Notes under the pieces: model-generated
What the model was told of the DNA's origin: nothing
The model's database searches: none
The model's input: the letters and a program-made list of their open reading frames with translations, nothing else
Made by a program: the position numbers and the translations under genes
Shown here: positions 41,601 through 51,254 of the stretch, piece after piece
Numbering within the stretch: the first letter of the stretch is position 1
Layout of the letters: each line of letters starts with the position of its first letter
Assembly: GCA_044892525.1 (NCBI GenBank)
Contig: CM097886.1
Coordinates: 114,948,001 to 115,012,000, forward strand
DNA from: Schmidtea polychroa
Taxonomy: Eukaryota
Direction: 5' to 3'
DNA length: 64,000 bases

Positions 41601-44600
41601 ATTTAGAAAATAAATATAATAATTATATGTGTTCTTTTTTAATTTAATTTTTGGGGGTAAGATAACACGGAAGTACCAAAAATTTTTATCATCAAAAAAT
41701 AATTCACATTATTAAAGTTGTGAAGATCTTGAAATTGAAATAATACAAGAGAATGATGAATTTTGTTCTGCTAATTTTATGGAATCAACACCAACGGAAT
41801 ATGCGAACAAACTAGATATCAAGCCTTATGTAAAATGATTGAATACAATAGTTAGCATTGACATTTCTGTTCCAAACTGTATCTAGGGTGTAGGATAGAA
41901 AAGTAGTTTACATTGACATTTACTTTGATAAATCAAATTCAGAATCTGTATCACATGTATCTTATGACTACAAAGGTGGCATCAAAGATAGAATTAAAGT
42001 CATAGTCAAAGAAATAAGGTTGAATAATTTTCTAATAGGGAATAGAGAAGCAAGACCATAATAGGAAAAGCTAACTTATTACACTCATCGCAGAGACGAC
42101 ATCCCAATGTTGCACAGCGTTCAGAAAATTATTAAATAAAATAATTNNNNNNNNNNNNNNNNNNNNNNNNNNNNNNNNNNNNNNNNNNNNNNNNNNNNNN
42201 NNNNNNNNNNNNNNNNNNNNNNNNNNNNNNNNNNNNNNNNNNNNNNNNNNNNNNNNNNNNNNNNNNNNNNNNNNNNNNNNCTTAAGGGAAATCAAACAAA
42301 TACAAAAAGCAATACTTACCATTTTTTTCATCAAAAATGTCAAAGATTTCGTTATGTAAATGATTGAGATCGGGATTAGTGTCTTCAGGTTCTAGAAATT
42401 TGTTCGGAATAATTATGGAATTTTGGATGCCGGTCTTCAGTCGAAGATCTCGAATTAGAGATTTCGTCGAACGACTCTCCAAGTCGCGAATCGATAATGA
42501 CAAAGGAGGTGATATGTCTCGATAGGTTTCTGCTTTGATCTTATTCAATTGTTCTGCATGGGATTTCAGAACGTCCGTGTAACGATCATAAATTTTTACG
42601 TTTTCGTTTTTTAAAAATTCGACTTTTTCTTCAAGACGTGAAACTGGAATAAAATTTCATGATATAAAAAAGTGTATTGATATTCAGTTTAGAGTTTTCA
42701 TAAATCTTTTGAAGGATAACAGGTGCAACGATATTTTCTTTGGATTTTTATTCATCATGGAAGCTTTAGAGGCGCCCTTTTCTTTTGATTTTACTGATGG
42801 ACAAAAGATTCAGAAAAAAATTAAAGGAAATCCGACAAGAATTTCTGTCTTATTTATTCTTGAAACTTCTTCAATATTGCGATTCTCCTCTATATATTTT
42901 CTTAAATAATATTTCCTATCTTCGCTATAATTTTAATCTGCCATATTTAGCGGTTGTTTTTTTTCGTTTCTTTCTTCCAACTTAATCTATTTTTCTTTAA
43001 ATCCAATTAATAAGTCCATACAAATCAATAAATGTGCCTGGAATTTTCTGACTTCCAGGTTTCCTTGGAACCTGTTGTTCTTGTCGTTTTCCTACTGTTA
43101 GCAAGCAGTTCCATGACATTTTTTCCGTATTTTCAATTAGTAGTTTTTTGAAATTTAATTTATTCAAAACCTATTTTGGCTACCTCTGGTTTCTATATGC
43201 AAATAATTCAATAAGCCATGACCAGCACTAGGCATCAAGAATACATTTGTAAATTGAGAGAATATAAGTAAGTCCATTAAAGATAGAAATAATATTGTTT
43301 ACAAGTATTTTTATTTGTAAATCCTCAAAATTCAAGGTTTTTTATATAAATTAAGATTTATTTCGATAAGGCTCCGGAGGCGGCACATGAAGCTCCGGGA
43401 GGCCTCATGCGGCCTTTAGGCCGCATGTTTCCGACCCCTGTTCTAAACTATTCTGATTATCTATGTGAATTTAATTGGAAGTTTTTTCAAGACATGTAAG
43501 TTATTTTTAATTTTTTAATTTATTAAGTAATTTAATAAATATTATCAAGAGTAAAAAATATATTGACCCAATTTTTCATAATTTCCTCCTTAATCAAAGA
43601 TTTTGTAAAGAAAACTTTAATATGGTGAAAATGAATTAATAATAAACAATTAAAACTCACGAATCTCTTTTTTCGTTTTCCCAAAATGAAAATGTATTTC
43701 GAGTACTAGCTTCAAAAATATTTCCCAAGCTCATTTTAAAAAAAATTATTTGCTTAATAATGGGCATATGCTTGTTTTATTATAAAATTGCATGCGCCGT
43801 GTTTATGTTCCATTAAATTTTCTACCCTTTCTTGAAACCTATAATAAATTTGAAAGTGTATCTGCAATGAATTTTCATCACGCAGGTGAGTTGGTATGTA
43901 TCTTATAATATAATTTATTAATTATTTTTTTATATTATAAATGATTTTTATATTTTCGTGTCTCATTTTCAGTAAAGATTTCACGCATTCATTTAACAAA
44001 ATATATATTGTTTTTATTAATAATTATTTTAAATAATAAAATATATTTTTAGTCTAACATTCCAATAAAATTTCACTTTCTAAAATAAGTTTCTAAAGCT
44101 TTTTATGAAAGCATTAAATATATTTATTTCATTTTTTAAATTATATTCAATTAATTATCATTTTAAATTTATAAATTTTTATTTAATATTAAATTTTTTA
44201 AAACTTTATATTGTAAAATTTTTGAGATTTAATATTTTTAAACAAATATCACGTTGCGCGTGTAGAAATGCACGGACATGCAAAGTTATGAAAGAATAGT
44301 TTTCATTTGAAATACATATTATGAAGGAGTCTTTTTAGCATGATTTAGCAACATATTAAATTTGGTTCTTGGTTGCATTACATCTTCATTGTTTAGACTT
44401 TAGAGAATCGAACAGATATACATTCCTTTGAAACTTGTTGAGGGTTTTTACACTCAATAATCTGTAACTGTCTCCTGTAAAATATGTCATAAAAGAAAAA
44501 ATTTGTATAAAAATGAAGTAAAGGCAATTTACAATCTGATAGTTTCCAGAAAATACAATTTAAGAACATTAAAAATTTATTAATTTTAATACAAGTTAAT

Positions 44601-47600
44601 AAAATTCTTTAAATCTTCTTTTGTTTTTAGTTACATTAATTAATTCATGTGGAATGTCAGAGACGTCTTAAGAAATGTAAAGCCCCTCTGGTAAGAATTA
44701 TAAGACTACGGTCGAATCCCCCTCTTATATTACATATCAATTTTATTTGCTCAGCATTTTAAATGTTTTGCTGTTTAAAATAAAATAAAAAATATAAAAT
44801 AAAAAATAATTAAGTTTTTTTATTTTGCTAAAAAAATTATAAAATATTGCATGGTAAAATGAAAAAAAAATATTTGTGCCAAGTATTTATTCATTGATTA
44901 TTATTGTTAAATAAAATTATTTATTACAGGTAATTTTTTTAATTAAAATTAAATAATGCAAAATAAAAAGTATTAATTTTGAAATAATGAAAATAAAAAT
45001 TTTTTAAATAATGAATTTATTTGATCATCGTATTATGGGAACTTCCTCGCTTGAGCTTATGCTCTATTAACACATTTCTGGCTTGTGGTAGTAGTTTACA
45101 TGATTTTAATCAACTAGCCAAATAACCTAACCTAAACCCTAACCCAATGGTCTTGATCTTCTAAGTTTTCAGACTCAGGTTCATTAATTATTGAGTAAAA
45201 AATGAATAACAATTTTTGTTTATTGTAAAAACACTTAAAAATTAAATATTTTACATAAAATTAATTTTTTTATTAGATAAAAAAATATGATCAAAATCAC
45301 TTGAAAAAGGCAGAGCCGAAAATTCATGAATATAAAAAACATTGATATCTTTAATGATTCATAGTCAATATTTTTATAAATACAATGTCAATTGAAAAGA
45401 AATCAGAGATAAAAATCAAAAGAAGTTTTTATAATAAATAAAAAAACGTAAAAATTGAGCAAAAAATAAAGTTATATGCAATTAATAATATTTCTTTTGA
45501 ATAGGGCTTGTATAATTATTATTTAATTTTAAAAACGAACATTATGACTAGGGATTCAGATTTGGTTAAGGTTTTATATAGAGAAAACACAGTACACAGC
45601 TACATTGATGATACCATATATACGATGATGTAACTTATTGTTTACAATATCTTATATACACATTGAACTGCATTGCATTTCATAGTATCATTGTTTTTTC
45701 ATTATCAATCCTTGAAACATAAGATAATATCTGTGGGTTGCAGCCAACCTACCAACGTAAGCAAATGACATTTACAGAAAATAATGTTAACAAACTTTTT
45801 ATCTATTCAGTACCTATTATTTTCAACTGGTTCTACTTTCGTTTTTCACTTTCAAATAATTTAGATTGAAGAATTCACTGCAAATAGTTTGTTAAAATCC
45901 CAAAAGTACTTGTTTCATTCAATAGAAACCGAGGCCATAAATCGAAATTCTGCTCTTTGTTCCACCTATTAGTATTTCCTCAAACTTTACAGATACCATA
46001 AACTTTCTTATTGTCTTTTACCTACACCTTATATAAAAATAAAATAATCTTAGGATCTTTTCACATTGAAGTATAAATAAAAATTTGAGGAAAACCAAGT
46101 TTATATATGTTCAAATGTAAAAATTATAGATTTTTTTGTATGAGTTTAAGTCGCACTTTTTTCCAAATTTTTTCGAAAAAAATAAACACCCAACTTATAC
46201 ACTACAAGTTAAATTTTCTATACGCTGCAAACAAAAAAATGCGATTCCAACATTGACAATGTTGCAGAAAACTACGAAGGTGTTAGCAGTTCTATGTGTG
46301 ACGAGTTTCTTGCTAATTGTGATAATTAACTCGAATTTATACTAATCAAAAAGGAATAATAATATTTTTCAATAAGATATGCTTTCAAAAGATACCTTTA
46401 AATTTAGGATGCGACTTATACTCGTAAAAATAAGGTAACTTGCAATTATTTCATTCCGTTTAGCTTCACTTTTTAGACTATAAATCAATATTTTCTATTT
46501 AACACAAATTGTCAGCACTGTATAATTTAGGTGTAAATTCAATTGTTAACAACTTGAGAAAAATTTTCTAACTTCTTAACCGAGTTTTATGAAAAGTTGT
46601 TAATTTATTTCTTTGTTAATCAAATATAAAAAATAACATGGGAAATATATAAAATTCTACGAATTCCGTACTTGTTTCATTGGCATTTCGAAATTTTACT
46701 TCGAAAGTTCTATTTGAAGATTCAAGAATTATTATTTTTTCTTCCAAAGCTCTTTTCTCTTCTTCGTAGGCATATTCTACGTGAATAACTCTCTGAAAAA
46801 AATATTTATGTTGATTGTACAAAAATATATAAATATTAATATTATAAATATAATATAAAAATGTATGGGGTTGTCCACCAACTGAATCTGGTTTAAAGCC
46901 AGTTGGGATCATTCGCATTTTTATAGAATTATGAAATGGTATTAATAAATAAAAAAGATTTTTATAACAATTAAAATTTTAATTTATTAATTTTAATTTT
47001 AAATCATAATTATTTATTTAATTTTATCTTATTACAAATTTACATTTTACAATTTTACATAATTCTAATCTAGACCCACCTTTGACCTCTAAATTTGATT
47101 CCAAATACTCGATTAACTTGAAACTTTGCATACATACATAATTCCGATGACAATACAATAATATTTTATTTCGCAGTAAAAAAATAATATTGTATTGTAA
47201 GATTTCTAGTATTCTTACAGCATAATATTTTAATTTAAAATAACACAAATTATACAATTTCAAACGGCTAAAAACGATTGAATAATGTATAAATAAAAAA
47301 GTTTTAAAAACAAACTTTTATTAGAATGTAGGAAAAAGTAATAAATAATTTTTCTTAGTTCATTTAGTCAGAGAACTAAAGAAAAAGAAAATTATGGTTC
47401 GTAAATATTGTAGTTACGGTTATGATGCTACAGACAAAGTATCAAAATAGTAAAATTCTGAGGTTAACCCTTTCTAAGGCAAAGGAAACTAAAAGTGATG
47501 TAAAACTCAAAGTTTTTCTGTCAGCTGTCAATAAATATAGTGGGAAAACACATCAATGGTTTCAAATACTATAAACTTGTTCTCTTGTGGCTCAATATAT

Positions 47601-50600
47601 GTCAGTAGTTGTACCAAAAGTAAAAATGATTACCGACAGCGTTACACTTTTTATTTTTTTTTATTAGTTTAAAATGGTGTATAGTATATTGCCACCACCT
47701 TAGAAAGGGTTAAATGAACTAAGAATAAAGATTTTTTAAATTTTTTAATTATAATTTTTAATAGAATTTTTTAACATTATCAACGGTGGAGAGCAGTTGT
47801 TGTTTTTCATTAGATTTTATTTATGTGAAAGTCAAAATTTTGCCTTAAAGATCGAATATAGAATCTGTTTAGTATTGTAAAAGGAATTCCTGATAGCATT
47901 TTTATTGAAAATACCACAATTTAATAAACAAACCCATCAATTGCATAAAAAATGTGATTTATAAATATATAAACATAAATTTTTATTTTACAAATTAAAT
48001 ATTTTGTTATTTTACGTAGATTTTTTCACCATTTAAAAATGCGCATTTATATAGCATAATGTGGCACCAGGAATTTCGTAAATACCAAAACTTTTTTAGA
48101 AATAAATGTTTTGTTTTTATTTAAATTGCATTTAAATTTGTGTATAAAATGTCAAATTTTTATAATAATATTCAAATGACAATTAGTTACAAGCATAAAG
48201 AAATAATTCAATAACTGAAATTCATTTATTTTAAATAACACGTGATAAAGGTAGTGCCGAAAATTTGAGTTAAATTTATGCTGTATATTCTAATGAAAAT
48301 TAATGAAATAATTAAAGAAAACAGAATAAGAATAAATAAAAAATAAAATCTTTTATTTTTTTAAATTTTTCTATAATTGAATATAACGACACCGGTAATT
48401 ATTATGAAATACATGGTAAGAGAAAACGTTGTAAAATGTCAACGAAAAAATTAATATTTAGTCAAAGATCTCGTGAAATTACAACATTAAATGACACAAG
48501 TTGAGATAATATTAAAAAAAAATTTCGGAAAACATTTAAATGCGGATTTTAATCCCATCTAAATCGCAGTGACAAATTCATTGACTAAGGATGGCAAGAT
48601 CAAAAATACAAATCCGTAACATCTTTTGTATGAAATAAAATAATTTTCAAATATAATTCATTTACAACAAATTAAATAGAACTCTTTACAGGGGTTTTCA
48701 CTTAAATAAACTACTATTTCAAATAAAAAAAACTACTGGTTACCAAAATAATATAATATAGGGTGTGGATAATAATTGATATGAATTTCACATAAAGAAT
48801 AATTAAAACTATATTAAGCCGCTATGAAAACCGTACGTAAAAAACAACTATCAGATGAGATAATAAGCAAGATTATCGCAAAACATGAAGCCGGAAAATC
48901 ACCAACGCAAATAAGTACCGATTTAGATATCAAATATGAAGCAGTACGCAGCGTAATTAACACTTAAAAAAACGGGAAGAATACATGCTAAGAAGATTAG
49001 AGCGACAGGAACAAAGAAAATAACACCGGATGTCGAACAATTTATTAAAGAAAAAATTTCACTTGATTATTCATTGACATTAAATGCTTTGAAAGATTGT
49101 ATTTCGGCCGAAAAGAATATAAGCATGTCAGAGGTCACAGTTCTTCGTGCGATTGAAAACTCCAGTTACACACTTAAAAGATTAGTTCTGATACCAGAAG
49201 TAAGGAATTCTGCAAAAGTTATCGAAGAGAGATTTAATTATGCAGACGCCTATTTTCTATTGAATGAAGATGAGGTTATGTTTCTCGGTGAATTTGGGGT
49301 TAGTTACTCGACCCGATGCAATTATGGGAGGAGTGAGTGTGGCTCACCAGTACGTAAAGGTGTTAGAGCTATAAGAACAAAAAACATTTCCATTTCCGCA
49401 GCAATTACCAAGACTGGAGCGATATATCATGAAACATCGCATTCTGCTTACAATGGAAACTCATATGCTCTGTTCCTGAGACAGTTGATTGACAAAATGT
49501 AATCTATCGGTATGCAAAATTCTACAATAATAATGGATAATTGTTCTATCCATAAAGTTGCAGGAATCAGAGAATTGATTGAACAAAGCGGCCATCAGCT
49601 TTTACTACTTCCTCCATACAGCCCCCATCTTAATGCCATTAAATAATTCTTTGCAAAATGGAAAGGCTACATAAAAACAAGAAACTCGAATACGACTCAA
49701 GAACTTGGGAATGCCATTTTAACTGGATGTTCTACTGTTTCTGCTGAAGATTGTAGTGGGTTTTTAGGGATGTGAGGCGGTATGCTTTAAAAGAGGTAAG
49801 AAGATAGCAGTTCTGATTATTTGTGTAAAATAGTGGTTATATATACACTAAGAATAAAACTGAGAATAATTACGCAAATATAATTGAAGAAAATTAGTAA
49901 TCGAAAGAATGCAATTATAATTAAAGAATCATTGACAACAATTGTAGATTTATTCAGTGGTGTTACTGATATCATTGAAAATTGACAAAATATATTCAAC
50001 TGATGATTTATATCTAATTTGTTATCAATATACATTGGGGGATTTCGCTACTTATTCAATTTAATAATAATCAAAACGAGTCAGTACAATCAATGAATCT
50101 ACGGTGAGTTGATCAATAAATTTTAAAACATTGTTTGGAATTCGTTGTTATTTCTATTAAAAGACAATTGGAGAAAAATCAATAATTGGTAACATACTAT
50201 TTCAACGTCCAACCAAAAGTTATTAATAAAATATAAAAATTCCACAGAGTGTCTAACCAATAAGATAGCATTATTTTAGCCAATCAGAATTTAGAAAGAG
50301 AAAATAGAAAAAAATGAAAGTGATTGAAATAATGAGAACGAGAAATAAAATAGGATAAATTACAGACTGATCATAACTGGAGAGAATGGTTTAAATGCAT
50401 TTTAGCCTCTCCCATGTTTCTTTTTATATTATAAATTGTTTCCACATATTCCTTTTGTGGTTTGTAACCTGAGGTAAAATCAATACAATATAATACAACT
50501 TTGATCCTATTATTTTTTTACTAAGTTAACTTCCAATTATTTCGGGAAGGTGGAATAAATAAAGGAGAATTATATCATTTTGCATAAACGTAACTGAAAA

Positions 50601-50996
50601 TTTAATTGATGTTATTAAACTTTTATAAAATTGTATCAATTGAAATATTAATAAATTAAATAAAAAATGAAATACTTCCTCAGATTGCTTTTTAAGGTAC
50701 TTTTCTCTCTCGTATTGTTTATTTAATGTACAATTATCTTCCTTTAATATTTCAACTTCTATTTCATAAGCATGTTTATCACGATATAATTCTTCCAAAT
50801 TTTCCAGCACATTAACAATTAAAGGCATTAAATATTCTACTACATCGGATCCATAGAAAGATATCAAACGTTCAAATTCCTTATAAATTTTATTAGCAAG
50901 AATTTGTACTTTCTCTGTCATTCCATTATTAAGATTTTCATTATCTGAAGATTTATGTCTTTTATCACAAGTTTGCTCTCGTGAATGCTTGTTCAT
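1334..50996 (-). CDS. MAPK8IP3: JNK-interacting protein 3/4 orthologue (JIP3/JIP4, Sunday driver, UNC-16); multi-exon, 3' end beyond the left edge
   Basis: Hand-spliced exons with GT-AG sites and matching phases give RH1 ([32 protein letters not shown]), LZII ([35 protein letters not shown]), RH2 ([27 protein letters not shown]) and JIP-type WD40 segments in the correct order. About 877 codons lie inside the window. RILPL is excluded by the WD40 exons. Confidence 0.93.
1889..4301 (-). mobile_element. Mutator-like (MULE, FLYWCH-type) DNA transposon with decayed transposase and repeat-rich inverted ends
   Basis: ORF pieces 2677-3120 and 3286-3564 carry [12 protein letters not shown] and [10 protein letters not shown] motifs, with a FLYWCH-like start near 3990. 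ACAGAAC(A/C)ATG subrepeats at about 1925-1985 are mirrored at about 4190-4260. Outer limits are approximate. Confidence 0.85.
2007..2271. mobile_element. hAT-type MITE nested in the MULE
   Basis: Ends CAGGCCCGGCG / CGCCGGTGCTG; exact 8-bp TSD GATATACG at 1999-2006 and 2272-2279. Confidence 0.85.
5193..5420 (-). CDS. MAPK8IP3: JIP3/4 exon (WD40 region)
   Basis: tag|G TAC AAT..AA|gtaatt, phase 2 to 2. [39 protein letters not shown] matches GRVLVALADGTLAIF..QWDLSNYHLMDL..RVWCG. Confidence 0.85.
6573..8293 (+). pseudogene. Second MULE/FLYWCH transposase, disrupted by a MITE and frameshifts
   Basis: ATG at 6573. Motifs in order: [24 protein letters not shown] (FLYWCH), [28 protein letters not shown] (MULE D-D-E). 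Stop at 8291-8293. Confidence 0.88.
6585..6941. mobile_element. MITE with long TIRs, Merlin-like (copy 1)
   Basis: TIR GGTACTTCCGTGTTATCTTACCC at both ends; 8-bp TSD AAAAAACA/AAAAAATA (1 mismatch); near-identical copy at 41311-41677. The Merlin call rests only on GG termini plus the 8-bp TSD. Confidence 0.85.
8910..8990. repeat. Hairpin-forming dispersed repeat (related copies at about 37970-38900 and 45310-45430)
   Basis: AAGCTTGAAGACTATGAATCAGTAAA ... TTTACTGATTCATAGTTTTCAAGCTT, 26-bp arms with 1 mismatch. Confidence 0.75.
9050..10020 (-). pseudogene. 5' part of a ZMYM1-like hAT transposase
   Basis: Broken reading [16 protein letters not shown].., [25 protein letters not shown] and [23 protein letters not shown], with many stops. 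Confidence 0.7.
10283..10377. repeat. 95-bp perfect palindrome / tiny MITE
   Basis: 38-bp arms TAGGGCGCCATAAATGATAACCAATATAAATTTTAAAA with exact reverse complement at 10340-10377; 19-nt loop. Confidence 0.85.
10397..11000 (-). mobile_element. 3' end of a ZMYM1/Tip100-like hAT
   Basis: ORF 10646-10864 is a hAT dimerisation domain ([35 protein letters not shown]); terminus CAGTGGCGTATCTAGGG at about 10397. Confidence 0.85.
12184..12675 (+). pseudogene. Actin pseudogene fragment, antisense within a JIP intron
   Basis: Reads [73 protein letters not shown] and [15 protein letters not shown], colinear with actin. Deletions and frameshifts present; no introns seen. Confidence 0.93.
13207..13357 (-). 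CDS. MAPK8IP3: JIP3/4 exon (start of WD40 propeller)
   Basis: tag|TA AAG..ATA AG|gtattg, phase 1 to 2. [15 protein letters not shown] matches PTMWLGAQNGWLYVH. Confidence 0.75.
14469..14609 (-). CDS. MAPK8IP3: JIP3/4 exon (low-complexity linker)
   Basis: tag|CC ACT AAG after a 63-nt intron; open and phase 1 to 1. The donor gtagaa is less certain. Confidence 0.55.
14673..14853 (-). CDS. MAPK8IP3: JIP3/4 exon
   Basis: cag|TCA ACA..CCA G|gtttgt. [17 protein letters not shown] parallels RVWILTST..LCISSIP. Confidence 0.7.
14908..14934 (-). CDS. MAPK8IP3: JIP3/4 27-nt microexon (VICTATGYG)
   Basis: ttccag|...|gtaagc, phase 0 to 0; equivalent to LWCAAGVNL; followed by a 54-nt intron. Confidence 0.7.
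16289..16418 (-). CDS. MAPK8IP3: JIP3/4 exon
   Basis: cag|G TTC AAG..ATA|gtaagt. [25 protein letters not shown] matches LQACGWSLP..KNVPVPVYCRPLVEKD. Confidence 0.85.
16997..17070. repeat. (TA)n microsatellite
   Basis: Uninterrupted TA run. Other TA runs at about 17432-17458 and 53885-53926; (ATT)n at about 18115-18146; (AAT)n at about 35651-35697. Confidence 0.95.
17145..17611 (-). mobile_element. hAT deletion derivative
   Basis: Ends CAGGCCCG / CGGGCCTG; exact 8-bp TSD ACCATAAC. Internal minus-strand [25 protein letters not shown] is a hAT C-terminus. Confidence 0.9.
18672..18703 (-). CDS. MAPK8IP3: JIP3/4 32-nt microexon ([10 protein letters not shown])
   Basis: ttttag|AAG..AA|gtaagt, phase 0 to 2; joins the 16418 exon in frame and parallels RREQKREQYRQ. 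Confidence 0.7.
20170..21756 (-). pseudogene. Highly decayed piggyBac-like transposase
   Basis: Fragmentary minus-strand motifs YDR*WKIRPFL, ..[22 protein letters not shown] and a Cys-rich tail; many stops. Confidence 0.45.
21849..24265 (-). mobile_element. Near-intact hAT transposon (Buster/Charlie branch, SPIN/OC1-like), 2417 bp
   Basis: Perfect 14-bp TIR CAGGGGTCTCAAAC; exact 8-bp TSD GTCTAAAA at 21841-21848 and 24266-24273; transposase at 22079-23889. Confidence 0.96.
22079..23889 (-). pseudogene. hAT transposase with a single -1 frameshift (603 aa if repaired)
   Basis: BED-like [38 protein letters not shown] and TYVCEQFFS are all present. The two ORFs join if one G is added at about 23226 (ACG GGA CGT GAT). 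Confidence 0.93.
26058..26125 (-). CDS. MAPK8IP3: Probable JIP3/4 exon after RH2 (reading frame ambiguous)
   Basis: atttag|..|gtaact. Phase 1 to 0 reads [22 protein letters not shown] and fits the next exon; the phase-2 frame reads [11 protein letters not shown], also JIP-like, but does not fit downstream. Confidence 0.5.
26760..28575 (+). mobile_element. Decayed LTR-retrotransposon (Gypsy-like) pol region
   Basis: GC-richer block; weak RNase H-like IGRK..DNHAF and ADCYGR, then [10 protein letters not shown]..; many stops; ends at a gap. Confidence 0.35.
28576..28788. other. Assembly gap (N run); further gaps at 31309-31513 and 42147-42280
   Basis: Runs of n. Confidence 1.
29058..29242 (-). 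CDS. MAPK8IP3: JIP3/4 exon encoding the RH2 domain
   Basis: ttcag|CAG AAA ACA TTT..AAT TT|gttagt; [31 protein letters not shown]. Confidence 0.92.
29563..30290. mobile_element. Foldback-type element with AAAACAATTCGAC subrepeats
   Basis: Tandem subrepeats at 29563-29611 are inverted at about 29720 and 30220-30280. Confidence 0.55.
29735..30218. mobile_element. Non-autonomous hAT (Charlie-type), right end clipped
   Basis: Starts CAGGAGTTCCGAACCTGGGGGT and ends AAAGGTTAGG; TTTTAGAT on both sides is a possible TSD but lies inside repetitive host arms. Confidence 0.6.
30542..30692 (-). CDS. MAPK8IP3: JIP3/4 exon (coiled coil after LZII)
   Basis: taag|T GAA AAC GAT..GAA|gttaga; [21 protein letters not shown] matches EQEVLRGEL..IKELEEELKRVK. 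Confidence 0.85.
31570..31990 (+). pseudogene. Tigger/pogo CENP-B HTH fragment
   Basis: [23 protein letters not shown] followed by a degraded CGES-like motif. Confidence 0.55.
32784..33560 (+). mobile_element. Tigger-like deletion derivative
   Basis: End CAGTAGCCCCTCGATTATCCGG; [20 protein letters not shown]; [14 protein letters not shown]; [27 protein letters not shown]. Confidence 0.85.
35564..35620 (-). CDS. MAPK8IP3: JIP3/4 57-nt exon (LZII)
   Basis: attag|G AAT GCC TTG..ACC AA|gtatga; [15 protein letters not shown]. Confidence 0.92.
35746..36187. mobile_element. hAT MITE / deletion derivative, 442 bp
   Basis: 13-bp TIR CAGGGGTTCTTAA; exact 8-bp TSD TATTAAAT. Confidence 0.92.
36719..36776 (-). 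CDS. MAPK8IP3: JIP3/4 58-nt exon (LZII start)
   Basis: tgcag|GT ATC GGC..ACA AA|gtcagg; [20 protein letters not shown] matches [20 protein letters not shown]. Confidence 0.92.
38006..38818 (-). mobile_element. Solo LTR, 813 bp (Gypsy-like)
   Basis: TGTTGGG..CCCAACA inverted termini; 4-bp TSD TATC; minus-strand TATAAAAG at about 38350 with AATAAA downstream; three about 16-bp CGGGTTTTCCATT repeats; flanks rejoin into the hairpin repeat seen at 8910. Confidence 0.85.
40169..40210 (-). CDS. MAPK8IP3: JIP3/4 42-nt exon
   Basis: ctag|AC ATT..TTC G|gttagt; [14 protein letters not shown] parallels VIGDVDEGADLLGEF.G. Confidence 0.8.
40265..40326 (-). CDS. MAPK8IP3: JIP3/4 62-nt exon
   Basis: ccag|C TAT..ACA A|gtaact; open, phases fit, flanked by 62- and 54-nt introns. 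Confidence 0.7.
40389..40545 (-). CDS. MAPK8IP3: JIP3/4 exon (variable region)
   Basis: cctag|AA AAA TCT..TGC AG|gtaagc; open and phase 1 to 2; little sequence similarity. Confidence 0.65.
41311..41677. mobile_element. Merlin-like MITE (copy 2)
   Basis: Same TIR and body as 6585-6941; exact 8-bp TSD AAAAATTT. Confidence 0.9.
42320..42643 (-). CDS. MAPK8IP3: JIP3/4 exon 3
   Basis: ccag|TT TCA CGT..AAT G|gtaagt; [33 protein letters not shown] matches [33 protein letters not shown]. Confidence 0.9.
43370..43440. mobile_element. Isolated hAT (Charlie-type) end
   Basis: GCGGCCTTTAGGCCGCATGTTTCCGACCCCTG; partner end not found. Confidence 0.6.
45700..46010 (-). pseudogene. Possible piggyBac C-terminal remnant
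   Basis: [15 protein letters not shown] and a Cys-rich [13 protein letters not shown] tail; weak. Confidence 0.3.
46126..46435. mobile_element. pogo/Tc-type MITE
   Basis: TAAGTCGCAC near the left end; TGCGACTTATACTCGTAAAAATAAGG-TA at the right end. Confidence 0.5.
46672..46792 (-). CDS. MAPK8IP3: JIP3/4 exon 2
   Basis: ttcag|AGA GTT..ACA A|gtacgg; [19 protein letters not shown] matches EDALEQEKKEL..LELKAKNY. Confidence 0.9.
47468..47709. mobile_element. piggyBac-type MITE
   Basis: 12-bp TIR CCCTTTCTAAGG with TTAA on both sides. Confidence 0.88.
48689..49800 (+). mobile_element. IS630/Tc1-family DD34E transposon, pseudogenised (JIP intron 1)
   Basis: TA|CAGGGGTTTTCACTTAAAT left end; HTH ORF from about 48823; FLGEFG (D to G), IMDNCSIH and [12 protein letters not shown] with 34-residue spacing; right TIR not found. 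Confidence 0.88.
50676..50996 (-). CDS. MAPK8IP3: JIP3/4 first coding exon (RH1 domain)
   Basis: 107 codons ending QSEE|gtattt; textbook RH1 motif. Confidence 0.95.
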
Positions 50997-51254
50997 AACA
51001 AAATTGATTCGAAAAGATTTAAAATTTTAGTATTCATTAAATATACATCTCAGGAGAACAGAAAAATGCAATATTAAAGTATTTGAATTAACAGTCTTTG
51101 AAAATGATTATAATGTTGTATTTAAACCAATATCAGTAATATATATTAGAGTTTTAGAAAAATTTAAATATTATGAAAATCCATTACAAGAATAGTTTCA
51201 CTATTTATTAAATGTACAGCATTAAATATATTTTATATTTATCGTCTAAAATTA

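Noticed and set aside
44690-44730. GGTCGAATCCC, resembling a tRNA T-loop / B box
   Set aside because: No acceptor stem, A box or cloverleaf around it.
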